From an uncultured Gemmatimonadales bacterium (GTDB lineage: Bacteria; Gemmatimonadota; Glassbacteria; GWA2-58-10), in assembly GCA_964386505.1 (NCBI GenBank), contig CAYLSM010000001.1, positions 1 to 57,339 of the forward strand: DNA of 57,339 bases. Reading direction: 5' to 3'. This document shows positions 28,527 to 37,738 of the stretch, one piece after another. Under the pieces are notes generated by a model, which was given only the letters and a program-made list of their open reading frames with translations, did not search any database and was not told where the DNA came from. Both the position numbers and the translations under genes were made by a program. How positions within the stretch are numbered: the stretch's first letter is position 1; each line of letters opens with the position of its first letter.

Positions 28527-28810
28527 CAGCGCTCGGTCAGGCTGTGGGTGAAATGCCTCGCTCCGGGCGCCGTCGCCGCGGAGTCCGCCTGGGGCCATGC
28601 GCGCCCCGAATGAATTTGTTCAATTCCGTCCGTTTCGGCAAGGATAAAGGCGCTCCATGTGTTTAAATATTTTCAGCCTTTCTCCTGATTTTGCCCAGGG
28701 CCGCAGCCGTCTGCCGGCTTCCGTCTTCTTTAAGATGAATGGGCGCGGCTTGTCTTGCCCCAAATAATCCTTTGGCTTGGCTTTGCTATAGGTGCATTCC
28801 CACAGCGGCC

Positions 28811-29085
28811 CACAGGGCCGCCCGGGGGCCGTATGTCTGAGCCACAGAAAAGGAGCGGAGTTCTTCTCTCGTGCACATCGAAGCTGCAAAAGCACCGGAG
28901 CCCGGCGGGCGATTCGCGCCAGCGCCGCCGCCGCACCGCGGGCAGCGTGCAGAAGCTCCGTGCACACCGCGGGTGCTAAACCTGTAAGTGCCGGGGCGAG
29001 TTTACGGCCCCCCCTGGCTTCTGGTTCTCTTGGCCGTAACCAAGAGAACAAAAAGCTTTTCGGGCACGGCATGCCGTGCCCCTAC
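28811..29085. repeat. Full-length copy of the ~240-nt intergenic repeat (28811-29049) fused to the REP palindrome module (29014-29085)
   Basis: A box-like 5' end (gggccgcccgggggccgtatgtctgagcc) is followed by blocks shared with 47517-47778: ccgcaccgc, cacaccgc, gagtt.cggccccc. Next comes the hairpin GTTCTCTTGG/CCAAGAGAAC (29024-29049) and then GGGCACGGCATGCCGTGCCC (29062-29081). Confidence 0.7.
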
Positions 29086-29107
29086 GGCAATACACCATAC
29101 CCGCCCC

Positions 29108-30451
29108 TCACTGCGGATGCACCTCGGCGAACAGGTCGTAGTCGCCCGCTTCCACCACCGTGGCCCGCACGATCTGCCCCGGGTGCGGGCGGCCCCGGCT
29201 CAGGTAGACCCAGCCGTCCACCTCGGGCGCGTGGGCCCGGCTGCGGCCCAGCCACTTGTACTCCGGGGCGGGACGCTCGGCGGGCGGGGCGGGCTGTTCC
29301 ACCAGTACTTCCATCTGTTGCCCCAGGCGCTCCTGCTGTATCTCCGCGCTGATCGAGCGCTGAAGGTCGAGAAGGGCCTCCAGGCGGCGCTCCTTCTCCG
29401 TCCGGCTGACTGTCTCGCGCAGAGCCGCCGCCCGGGTGCCCTCCTCGGCCGAGTAGATGAACCCGCCCAGACGGTCGAAGCGCGCCTCGGCCACGAACTC
29501 CAGCAGCTCCTCGAAATCCCGCCTGCGCTCGCCCGGGAACCCCACCAGCACCGTGGTGCGTAGCACCGGGCGCGTCAGCGTACCGCGCACCTGCGCCAGC
29601 AGCCCGCGCAGAGCGGCCCCGGTCAGCGGACGGCCCATCGCGGCCAGCACCCGGTCGCTGACATGCTGGATCGGCAGGTCCAGATACGGCAGCACACGTG
29701 GGTTGGCGGCCATGAACTCCAGCAGACGGCTGTCGACATGCGCCGGGTGGGCGTACAGAAGGCGCAGCCAGGGGATGGAGGTCTCGGCCAGAAGGCCTGC
29801 CAGAAGGTCGGTCAGGTGCTCGCCCCGTTCCGCACCCCAGCCGGTCACGTCCTGGGCGATCAGGTTCAGCTCCCGCACTCCCAGTCCCTCCAGCCAGCGC
29901 GCCTCCTCGGTCAGCTCCCGCAGCGGACGGCTCACCCGGGGGCCGCGGATCAGCGGGATCGCGCAGTAGGCGCAGCCATTGTCGCAACCCTCCGAGATTT
30001 TCAGGTAGGCCCAGCCGTGGGTGACTGTCTCCACCCGGCGCAGGGGAAAGTCGGTAGCCTCACAGCTCATACTGCCCGCAAGGCCCAGGGCGCGGCGCAG
30101 GGCAGCGGGAAGCCCGGCCTGGGACTCGCCCACCCCAAGGAATATGTCCACCTCCGGCAGCTCGGCGCGCAGTTCTTTGCTGTAGCGCTGGGCCAGGCAG
30201 CCCACCACGGCCAGCACGCGCAGGCTTCCGCTCTCCTTGAGCCGCGCCGCCTGGAGGATCGTCTCTATCGACTCCTCCTTGGCCGGCTGGATGAAGCCGC
30301 AGGTGTTGACCACCACGGCCTCGGCCTCGCTCAGGTCCTCGGTCAGTTCGAACCCGGCGCGCTCCAGGTCGGCGCTCATGCACTCGCTGTCCACCTGGTT
30401 CTTGGCGCAACCCAGGCTGATCAGCCCCAGGCGCGGTTTACGCTCGCTCAA
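29108..30451 (-). CDS. rimO: Ribosomal protein S12 methylthiotransferase (radical SAM, MiaB/RimO family)
   Basis: The N-terminal UPF0004 cluster reads SLGCAKNQVDSE...VVNTCGFI. The radical-SAM motif is CDNGCAYCAIP and a C-terminal TRAM-like segment is present. Length is 447 aa. Confidence 0.82.
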   Translation of the reverse strand: MSERKPRLGLISLGCAKNQVDSECMSADLERAGFELTEDLSEAEAVVVNTCGFIQPAKEESIETILQAARLKESGSLRVLAVVGCLAQRYSKELRAELPEVDIFLGVGESQAGLPAALRRALGLAGSMSCEATDFPLRRVETVTHGWAYLKISEGCDNGCAYCAIPLIRGPRVSRPLRELTEEARWLEGLGVRELNLIAQDVTGWGAERGEHLTDLLAGLLAETSIPWLRLLYAHPAHVDSRLLEFMAANPRVLPYLDLPIQHVSDRVLAAMGRPLTGAALRGLLAQVRGTLTRPVLRTTVLVGFPGERRRDFEELLEFVAEARFDRLGGFIYSAEEGTRAAALRETVSRTEKERRLEALLDLQRSISAEIQQERLGQQMEVLVEQPAPPAERPAPEYKWLGRSRAHAPEVDGWVYLSRGRPHPGQIVRATVVEAGDYDLFAEVHPQ

Positions 30452-31377
30452 GCCTTGCTCTCCCGTTCCAGGAACAGTGTCACCACCGCTGAGTGCAGCC
30501 AGACATTCATGAGCACGCCCACGATCCAGCCCACCGGCAGGGTGAAAAGGCCCACCAGGACAGTCAGGCCGCCGGTCAGGTTCTTGAACTGCTCGGCCAG
30601 AGCCCCGGCCATCGAAAAAGGCAGGTTGGTCAGAAAGGCGATCATCAGAGAGGCCGCGGCCAGACCCAGCACCGGTTTAAGGTGGACCCGGAAAAAGCGC
30701 AGCGCCGAGCGCAGGGAAATGGCCGCCCCCTGCCCACGCAGAACCGCGAAGCAAAGGGCATAGCGGTACCAGACCAGGGCCGCCCAGGACAGGACCACGA
30801 AAGCCACTCCGCTCAGCATCAGTGGTATGCCGAACTTGATTATCAGCCCCAGGATTCCCTGCCGTCCCGCGGCCACCAGCTCGGGCAGATGGCCGATCAG
30901 GTGCACGGACAGAAAGATCATCGGCACCAGCGGCGGCAGGGTGATCAGGGCGGCCAGCGAGGCGATCCCGGAGCCTGTGCCCAGCCCGATCTTGCCCGCG
31001 CTCCAGAACCGGGCCAGTTCCACCGGCCGGGCTTTCTCCTCGGCCGAGTCGCCGCACGCCGCGGCGACCACCCCGGTCAGCCCGGCGGTGTAGTACAGCC
31101 AGATAAAGAAGTAAAGGCTGGCCCCGACACTCCAGCCCAGGAATGCCCAGAGCACCAGGCTCCAGTTTTCAACCATGAACCCCAGCGGGTCGTGCGCCAC
31201 TGCCGCCGGCGAGGGCAAGCCGTGGGTCAGCCACCAGAACAGCATCGGCAGCAGAATCCCACCGCCCATCAGCACGGGGGCTGAAAGGGAGGTGATCACC
31301 TCGAACACCAGCAGCCACAGGTTCTTGAACATCACCTGGGCCGCGCGCCGAAGCGCCGCTATTATGCTTTCTACCAT
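30448..31377 (-). CDS. Hypothetical polytopic membrane protein
   Basis: About 6-7 hydrophobic segments are visible. The stop overlaps the rimO start by 4 nt. No recognisable family. Confidence 0.55.
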   Translation of the reverse strand: MVESIIAALRRAAQVMFKNLWLLVFEVITSLSAPVLMGGGILLPMLFWWLTHGLPSPAAVAHDPLGFMVENWSLVLWAFLGWSVGASLYFFIWLYYTAGLTGVVAAACGDSAEEKARPVELARFWSAGKIGLGTGSGIASLAALITLPPLVPMIFLSVHLIGHLPELVAAGRQGILGLIIKFGIPLMLSGVAFVVLSWAALVWYRYALCFAVLRGQGAAISLRSALRFFRVHLKPVLGLAAASLMIAFLTNLPFSMAGALAEQFKNLTGGLTVLVGLFTLPVGWIVGVLMNVWLHSAVVTLFLERESKA

Positions 31378-31482
31378 CTTGATACTCCTTTTTCCGGGTT
31401 TGCCTGACTGATCGGTCCGGTTGCGCGACTTGTGGCAGCCTGTAAGTCTGACCGGCTGTCGGCCGCCCGCGGTTCCAGTTTT

Positions 31483-32202
31483 TCAGCGGCGGCTTCCCAG
31501 GCGCTCCTGGACAGCGCGTCCGGTCAGCTCCCTCAGGGCGTCATGCGCCACCCAGCGCGCGGTGGCACCGCCCTGCAAGGCGATCCGGTGCGCCGCCGCA
31601 ATCGCCTGGCTGTTGAGGGCCAGGTTGCGCTTGCCGATCTGGCGCAGGGCCCAGTTGACCGCTTTCTTAACCAGGTTGCGGCTGTCGCCGGCCTCGCGCT
31701 CGACTGCCTCCAGCAGCGGAGCGAACCTCTCATCCGGGGCGGCCTTGTCGTTCACCGCCAGCGTGGCGGCCAGGGCGAACCCGGCCCGCTTGACATACTC
31801 GTCCTCCCGGGCGCACCATTCCAGGGCCTTGTCCCAGGCCTGCGCCGTGCGCCGGAACAGGTGGATGCAGGCGCCGTCGCACAGGGCCCACGAGTCGAAC
31901 TGCGCGGCCCATGCCTCCATCTGCCCGCCCGTGACCAGTTTCGGCTCCTCCAGGAACACGGCCAGAAGGCGCGCCTCGTGCCAGCCGCTGTCCCAGAGTG
32001 ACAAGGCCAGGGCGTGGCAGCGGCGCAGCCTCCGCGCGCGGAGAATCCCCCGCAGCGCGGTCATCGGCACGCCGAACACTTTTCCGGGCCGGATGCCGTA
32101 GTGCGCCATGCCTGCCACGTTGCGCTCCGAGCCGGCGGCTTCCAGCTCGGCCAGCAGGGACTCCACCACCTGTGATTCCATCGTTTGAGTCGCGTTCATC
32201 AC
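31483..32202 (-). CDS. DNA alkylation repair protein (AlkD-like HEAT-repeat family)
   Basis: Family blocks are FGVPMTALRGI, WHEARLLAV, VKRAGFALAATLAV and LVKKAVNWALRQIGKRN. Confidence 0.72.
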   Translation of the reverse strand: MMNATQTMESQVVESLLAELEAAGSERNVAGMAHYGIRPGKVFGVPMTALRGILRARRLRRCHALALSLWDSGWHEARLLAVFLEEPKLVTGGQMEAWAAQFDSWALCDGACIHLFRRTAQAWDKALEWCAREDEYVKRAGFALAATLAVNDKAAPDERFAPLLEAVEREAGDSRNLVKKAVNWALRQIGKRNLALNSQAIAAAHRIALQGGATARWVAHDALRELTGRAVQERLGSRR

Positions 32203-32801
32203 AAGACTCCCAGGCTGGCCCGGACAATCATCCGTCTGGGGCTGGGTGTGGCGGCTCGGCTGAACCCGGCCCGCTCGTAGGCCGCGGGAGTGCCGGGATA
32301 GAGGAAAATATCCGGGGCTTTGTTCGAGGCAGGCAGCACGGGATAAGCCTCCAGGACCGACGCTCCCTGAGCTGCTGCGTACTCCATCGCCGCCCGGATG
32401 AGCTGCACCGACAGCCCCCGGCGGCGGTACGGGCGGGCCACGAACAGGCAGACCAGGCTCCAGACAGGAGTGTCATCCAGGGGTTGCAGAAGGCGCGAGC
32501 GCGCCAGGCGCGGGAACTCGCCGCGCGGGGCCAGCGAGCACCAGCCCGCGGCCTCTCCCTCCACGTAGCCCAGGAGACCGGGCCCGCGGCCCGCCGCCAC
32601 CAGGGCCCGCATCGCGTCGCGGTTGGGCTCGCCCTTATCGCGGTTGAACTGTGCCGTGCTCTGGCGCCACCACATGCACCAGCAGCCCGCGCAGGCTCCG
32701 CGCGGCCCGAACAGCCGCTCGAAATCGGCCCAGCGCTCCATGGTCAGGGGAAAGCATTCGAGCTTTCCCGGCAGGTTTTCTGCGCTCCGGGTCATGGCCA
32801 C
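32199..32801 (-). CDS. GNAT-family N-acetyltransferase
   Basis: The acetyl-CoA binding-like block reads LFVARPYRRRGLSVQLIRAAMEYAAAQGASVLEAYP. The stop overlaps the downstream gene by 4 nt. Confidence 0.68.
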   Translation of the reverse strand: MAMTRSAENLPGKLECFPLTMERWADFERLFGPRGACAGCWCMWWRQSTAQFNRDKGEPNRDAMRALVAAGRGPGLLGYVEGEAAGWCSLAPRGEFPRLARSRLLQPLDDTPVWSLVCLFVARPYRRRGLSVQLIRAAMEYAAAQGASVLEAYPVLPASNKAPDIFLYPGTPAAYERAGFSRAATPSPRRMIVRASLGVL

Positions 32802-32845
32802 CCGTGATGTGCAACTGTGTTCCCGCCCGGGGTCAGAGGCGGTGG

Positions 32846-33511
32846 CTATTCCTGATCAAGCACCTGGGTCCCGCGCGGCGGCGTGAACTTGAACTTCTCC
32901 GGCTCGATAGCCGTGTTCTCGCGCAGGTCACTCAGGTCGAAAGTGTTGAAATTGGCGCTCTCGTCCTCGTAGCGCACCGCCCGCGTGGCGAAAGAGGCGG
33001 CATCCACCCAGGCGCGCAGGTTGCGGTAGTAGGGGCTTTCCTTGAGCGGGATCAGGTCGAGCACCACGCAGTTCGCGCCGCCGCGCATCTCCTGGCCCAC
33101 CACCGTAACCTCGAACCTGGCCTCCAGGTCACCGCCCAGCACATAGCGCGGCACATCCGCGCCCACGCGGTCCATCCGGGCGCGCATCGCCTGCGGGATA
33201 TCCTCCTGCGGCTGAAAAAACCAGTAGTACTGGCCGTCCGCCACCATCAACTGCCCCTTGGGGCTGGAGTACTCCAGGCGCACCCGGTCCGGCTTCTTGA
33301 AATAGAACCTGCCAGAGTAGCTCTCCCGCTTCTCCAGCACCGGCACCTCGACTGTCTGCTTGAACGCGGCCACCAGTGAGGACAGGCCCTCGTAGTAGCG
33401 GTCGATCCCGGCCAGGACAGTCTCCAGCTTTATCTCGGTTTTCTCGGCCCGCGCCGTGCCGCTTGCGGCAAAAAGCAGAAAGGCCAGCCACAGCAGTCCG
33501 TTCTTTTTCAT
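32846..33511 (-). CDS. LolA-like outer-membrane lipoprotein carrier protein
   Basis: A signal peptide is followed by FKQTVEVPVLEKRESYSGRFYFKKPDRVRLEY, which resembles the LolA fold N-terminus. Confidence 0.68.
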   Translation of the reverse strand: MKKNGLLWLAFLLFAASGTARAEKTEIKLETVLAGIDRYYEGLSSLVAAFKQTVEVPVLEKRESYSGRFYFKKPDRVRLEYSSPKGQLMVADGQYYWFFQPQEDIPQAMRARMDRVGADVPRYVLGGDLEARFEVTVVGQEMRGGANCVVLDLIPLKESPYYRNLRAWVDAASFATRAVRYEDESANFNTFDLSDLRENTAIEPEKFKFTPPRGTQVLDQE

Positions 33512-33525
33512 CCGGTATCTTCCTT

Positions 33526-35910
33526 TCAGCCCGTGACTCCGTAGTCCTCAAGCTCATCCTGACCGATCAGCACCTCGCGCGGCTTGCTCCCGTCCGGCGG
33601 CCCCAGTATCCCGGCCCGCTCCAACTGGTCCACGATCCGCCCGGCGCGGGCGTAACCCACCTTGAGCCGGCGCTGGATCAGCGAGGTGCTGCCCTGCTGG
33701 TGACGGACCACCAGGCGGGCCGCCTCGTCGAACAGCGGATCGCGCTCGCCGTCAGCACCCTCCTCCTCTTCATCCTGTTCGATGTCCAGAAGGATATTGG
33801 GCGGATGGCGCAGCGCGGATTCGGCTCCCTCCTCACCACCGCCCGAGGCCTCCAGCACGCGGCGCGCCTCCAGGCGCCAGTGGCCCACCACGCGCTCAGT
33901 CTCCTCGCTCGACAGGTACGCCCCCTGGATACGGATCGGCTCGGCCTGACCCGCGGGCATGAACAGCATGTCTCCGTTGCGCAGAAGCTGCTCGGCCCCC
34001 GAGACATCCAGGATAGTGCGCGAGTCGATCTTCGAATAGACCTGGAAACTCAGGCGGCTGGGGAAATTGGCCTTGATCAGCCCGGTGATCACATCCACCG
34101 AGGGCCGCTGGGTGGCCACCACCAAGTGGATGCCCACGGCGCGGGCCATCTGGGCCAGGCGCACCAGCGAACCCTCGATCTCGTTCTTGACGTCGCTGCA
34201 CATCAGGTCGCTCAGCTCATCCACCAGCACCACGATATAGGGCAGCTCGGCGATATCGGCCTCGGTCTGGCCCTCCAGCAGGGTGTGGACCACCGCCCCG
34301 GAGGCCACCCGGCGGTTGAAATCCTCGATATGGCGCACGCTGTTGCGGCTCAGCAGACGGTAACGGTTCTCCATCTCCAGCACGGCCCACTTGAGGATTC
34401 GCGCCGCCTCCTTGGCCTCGGTCACCACCGGGTGCAGAAGGTGCGGGATGTCGTTGTAGAGGTTCAGCTCGATCATCTTCGGGTCCACCATCAGAAGGCG
34501 CACCCGCTCGGGTCCATAGCGGAAAATCAGGCTCGAGATGATCAGGTTCATGCACACGCTCTTGCCGCTTCCGGTGGTTCCGGCGATAAGAAGGTGCGGC
34601 GTGCGGGTCAGGTCGGCCACGCGGATGCGGCCTTCCAGGTCTTTGCCCAGGGCGATCGGCAGGATCAGGGCGCTGGTGCTGAACGCCTCGGAGTCGAGCA
34701 CCTCGCGCGCGCGGACCAGCTCGGGCGCGGGGTTGGGCAGCTCCACCCCCACGGCGTCCTTGCCCGGGATGGGGGCCACGATCCGGATACGCTTGGCCCG
34801 CATGGCCATGGCCAGGTCATCGGCCAGGGAGGAAAAACGGTTCACTTTCACTCCGGGCGCCGGGCGTATCTCGAAAGTCGAGACCTGCGGCCCCCGGGCG
34901 ATATCCACCAGTTCGCCCTCCACCCCGAAATCGGCCAGCTTGGAGATCAGCACGCGGCCCATTTTCTCCAGTTCCTCGCGGCTGACCAGTTTCTTGTTCT
35001 CATCCACCGGATCGAGCAGGTCGAGCGGGGGAAGGTTGTAGCTGCCCGAGACCGGTGCGGCGTGTGTCGGGACCGCCACCCCGCTGTCGGTTTTGGCCTG
35101 GCCGTTCTCAGTGGTCCGTGGTTCGGGCCTGGTCTGCGGTTCCTCCTCGATGTCGTATTCGAAATCCTCCGGCTCCTGCTCCGCCGGCTTCGACGCCGCG
35201 GCGGCCGGCGAATCCTTGCCCAGAAGGCCAGCGGTCCTGCGCGTGGCGGGTGGCTCTTTCTTTTCAGCCTCCTCGCGGGCGCGCTTTTTATTCTCCCTGC
35301 CCGCGGGTTTCGGCTTGCGGGCAAAGAGCGGCTTCAGGCTGCGCACGGCCCAGGCCAGCGCCCCACCGAACCCGACCGCCGCACCCTCCACCCGCTCGGC
35401 CGCGGCGCGCAGGCTCAGGCCGGTGAACACCACCAACACCACCAGCAGCGCGACCAGGCTCACAGCCCAGGCGCCCACCCGCCCCAGGTACAGGGTCAGA
35501 TAGCGGGCCAGACGGAACCCCAGGCCGCCGCCGCTCCAGTCGAACGAGCGCAGCGAGTCCCCCTGCCCGGCCAGTGCGGCCACGAGCATAAGAAGGAACC
35601 CGGCCAGGGCGGCAAACAGGCTGAACCGGGCCAACGCCGGGGTGGGCTTGCCACGGAACACCCGCCAGCCCCAGGCCAGCAGGAGAAGCGGCAGGCTGTA
35701 GGTCCACACCCCGATCAGGTCCTTGAGCGACTCGTTGAGCAGCTTGCCGGCCAGGCCCATCACGTTGGTCAGCTCGGCCCCCGGCGGGGGCGGCGGCGCA
35801 AACCGGCTCGCCACCGGCTGGGGAAGTACGCTCAAAAGCACCAGCAAACCCAGGACCATCAGCAGCAGTCCGAGGATTTCCTCTTTCCTGTCCTTGCCGG
35901 AAGAAGCCAT
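33526..35910 (-). CDS. ftsK: DNA translocase FtsK
   Basis: N-terminal TM segments are followed by a low-complexity linker. The motor domain carries the Walker A motif GTTGSGKSVCMN and VVLVDELSDLM. The C-terminal gamma-domain reads STSLIQRRLKVGYARAGRIVDQLE. Confidence 0.95.
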   Translation of the reverse strand: MASSGKDRKEEILGLLLMVLGLLVLLSVLPQPVASRFAPPPPPGAELTNVMGLAGKLLNESLKDLIGVWTYSLPLLLLAWGWRVFRGKPTPALARFSLFAALAGFLLMLVAALAGQGDSLRSFDWSGGGLGFRLARYLTLYLGRVGAWAVSLVALLVVLVVFTGLSLRAAAERVEGAAVGFGGALAWAVRSLKPLFARKPKPAGRENKKRAREEAEKKEPPATRRTAGLLGKDSPAAAASKPAEQEPEDFEYDIEEEPQTRPEPRTTENGQAKTDSGVAVPTHAAPVSGSYNLPPLDLLDPVDENKKLVSREELEKMGRVLISKLADFGVEGELVDIARGPQVSTFEIRPAPGVKVNRFSSLADDLAMAMRAKRIRIVAPIPGKDAVGVELPNPAPELVRAREVLDSEAFSTSALILPIALGKDLEGRIRVADLTRTPHLLIAGTTGSGKSVCMNLIISSLIFRYGPERVRLLMVDPKMIELNLYNDIPHLLHPVVTEAKEAARILKWAVLEMENRYRLLSRNSVRHIEDFNRRVASGAVVHTLLEGQTEADIAELPYIVVLVDELSDLMCSDVKNEIEGSLVRLAQMARAVGIHLVVATQRPSVDVITGLIKANFPSRLSFQVYSKIDSRTILDVSGAEQLLRNGDMLFMPAGQAEPIRIQGAYLSSEETERVVGHWRLEARRVLEASGGGEEGAESALRHPPNILLDIEQDEEEEGADGERDPLFDEAARLVVRHQQGSTSLIQRRLKVGYARAGRIVDQLERAGILGPPDGSKPREVLIGQDELEDYGVTG

Positions 35911-36457
35911 GCAACCGTTCCTTTGCAGGCGTTCATGACGGCGCGGCGCACAGTCCGCGAAAAAAACGAAAACCGGTTAAGAAAAGTAGCGCCGGCCCCC
36001 GGCCTTGTCAATTCGGCAATCCGGACAAAGGGAATTTTCCCGAAGCGGAACTCTCCCTCGTCGCTGCAGCCGGATGGCAACTGTTACTCCAAAAGTAACA
36101 CAGTTTTCCGGGTGGAGGAACAAAAACTTTATTCTCCGGAGTCGGATGACAGCGCGTCAATTCAACAACCGTGGTTGTCGCTGTTCGAAATTGTGCAACG
36201 ACCCGCTGCTGTGTGCGAAATCGGGCAATCAGGACTCCAAAAACAGCACACTTTCCTGATTTTCTCTGCCGGGGGACTTTTCAACCAACGCCACCCCATC
36301 CAAGGCTTGGACAACTACAATCAAGTCCGCCAAGGCGCAGCCTTCCATTACGCAATTGCTTTAATTTCAACATCTTTCACGTGTCTAAAACTCGTTCGAC
36401 ACTTAGCACGGAAATTGCTCTAAGAATACGGTGTACACTTGGATGGGGGAGGAAAAG

Positions 36458-36616
36458 ATGAGAAAAGTAGAGCTGTCGGATGAGCAGGTCAGACTGCTGG
36501 TAGAGTCCTGGCGCAGTGCGGCCCGGGGCTCGCTGGAGCAGAAACTGATCGAGGACCTCTTCCTGATCACCGGCGCAGTCTCCGCGCTGGCCCTGCTTTC
36601 GCTTGACATTCGCTGA
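36458..36616 (+). CDS. Hypothetical 52-aa protein
   Basis: The ATG at 36458 lies 6 nt after GGGGGAGGAAAAG. The sequence is MRKVELSDEQVRLLVESWRSAARGSLEQKLIEDLFLITGAVSALALLSLDIR, with a hydrophobic tail. It sits in a low-G+C island. Confidence 0.4.
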   Translation: MRKVELSDEQVRLLVESWRSAARGSLEQKLIEDLFLITGAVSALALLSLDIR

Positions 36617-36634
36617 TATGGAGGTTGTGGACGC

Positions 36635-36976
36635 TCAGCCGGCGGCGTTCCACATCTTTTCGAGTTCTTCGATCAGGCTGTCCAGCCCGTCGAGGTCGAA
36701 AACCCCGCTGTAGCGTCCCAGCACCTCGATCAGGTCGGGCACAACCAGCGCGCCGCCCAAAGCCTGGATATCACCCCCGGCGGTACGGACATTCTCGGCC
36801 AGCGCGGCAACACAGGTCTTGATCTGCGCGGCCACCTGCACGCGGTCCACTCCGGCGGAAACGCCCTCGATCCGGGCTTTTTCCACCAGCGATTCGGCCT
36901 GCTCCAGTTCCTCCAGCAGGGCCTCGTTCTGCTCGAAAATGGACACGCCGGCCTCCGCGTCCCTGTTAAATACCAA
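36635..36976 (-). CDS. Hypothetical acidic protein
   Basis: The composition is protein-like and rich in E, D and L. The TTG start lies just after an AT-rich near-palindrome (GGTTATAATATAATATAACC, 36984-37003), so the start site is uncertain. Confidence 0.45.
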   Translation of the reverse strand: MVFNRDAEAGVSIFEQNEALLEELEQAESLVEKARIEGVSAGVDRVQVAAQIKTCVAALAENVRTAGGDIQALGGALVVPDLIEVLGRYSGVFDLDGLDSLIEELEKMWNAAG

Positions 36977-37016
36977 AGCATAGGGTTATAATATAATATA
37001 ACCATAGCCCGTAAAT

Positions 37017-37049
37017 AAAAAAAGGACTCAAATGAGTCCTTTTCTTTTT
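37017..37049. terminator. Bidirectional intrinsic terminator
   Basis: AAAGGACTCA (37021-37030) pairs with TGAGTCCTTT (37034-43). An A-run and a T-run flank the stem. It lies directly 3' of the HTH gene. Confidence 0.75.
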
Positions 37050-37075
37050 GCATCCGGGCATTATCTAAGCCCGTT

Positions 37076-37432
37076 TCAGGCACCCTGCTGCAGGATCTGA
37101 CGAACCCGCTCGCGCGACACCCCCACCTGACGGCCGATTTCGGCCTTCGACAAACCCTTGCGCTGGAGCTGGAAAATCACCTTGCGCTTTTCGTCGCTCA
37201 TCTTGCGCCACTTGGGTTCGCGCGCCCCGTTAGAGGTAAGGATCTGGGAAATGCGGTTCTCCGTCAGACCGTACTTCTGGGACAGCCGCTTTATGCCATA
37301 ACCCTGCTGGTAGTCGCGGATAACCCGATCATCCCGTCTCTTCAGAGAATTACGGCTGTTCGGCCGGATCTGAAATCCGACGCGCAGCTTGTGTCCCAGC
37401 AGCTCCAGGGCCATTGAAAGTCCTTTCTTCAT
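37076..37432 (-). CDS. Small DNA-binding protein with two helix-turn-helix modules (Mor/sigma70-region-4-like)
   Basis: The first module is IKRLSQKYGLTENRISQIL. The second is LSKAEIGRQVGVSRERVRQIL. The protein is 118 aa and sits in a low-G+C island. Confidence 0.6.
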   Translation of the reverse strand: MKKGLSMALELLGHKLRVGFQIRPNSRNSLKRRDDRVIRDYQQGYGIKRLSQKYGLTENRISQILTSNGAREPKWRKMSDEKRKVIFQLQRKGLSKAEIGRQVGVSRERVRQILQQGA

Positions 37433-37670
37433 CTGTTCACCTCGCCGTTAACTTATACCGTTGTTCAACCGGAGCTGGTCGTTCGTTCATTGTTTAATAC
37501 AGCAGGAACTATGCCAGTGTTTCAAAAATACGTGTCAAATATTTATTCTGGTTTTTATTTCTTCCAAAGATTGATAGAAAAATGTGACCAGCGGAGTAAC
37601 ACCCGGCCCAGCCTCACGGCCGACCATCTCTGACATCGCCGGAGGTGCCCTGAGCCAGCGCTTCGCGGGC

Positions 37671-37706
37671 AATAAAAAACGGTGGAAAAGAAATCTCTTC
37701 CACCGT
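37671..37706 (-). terminator. Intrinsic terminator after mfd
   Basis: On the minus strand, ACGGTGGAA-loop-TTCCACCGT is followed by TTTTTTATT. Confidence 0.8.
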
Positions 37707-37738
37707 CGCTGAAACGTTATCATCCTTCCTGTTTCGGC

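Noticed and set aside
28620-29352. Several 70-190-aa ORFs in the rimO-giant protein spacer, and the N-terminal extension of marC (21869-21985), all containing GHGMPCPY-type peptides.
   Set aside because: These peptides are translations of the REP palindrome GGGCACGGCATGCCGTGCCC and the repeat element. They have no SD and no coherent protein features.
33376-36423. A 1015-aa plus-strand ORF.
   Set aside because: It lies antisense to ftsK, which has unambiguous Walker and gamma-domain motifs. Its composition is low-complexity and rich in R, G, Q and H.
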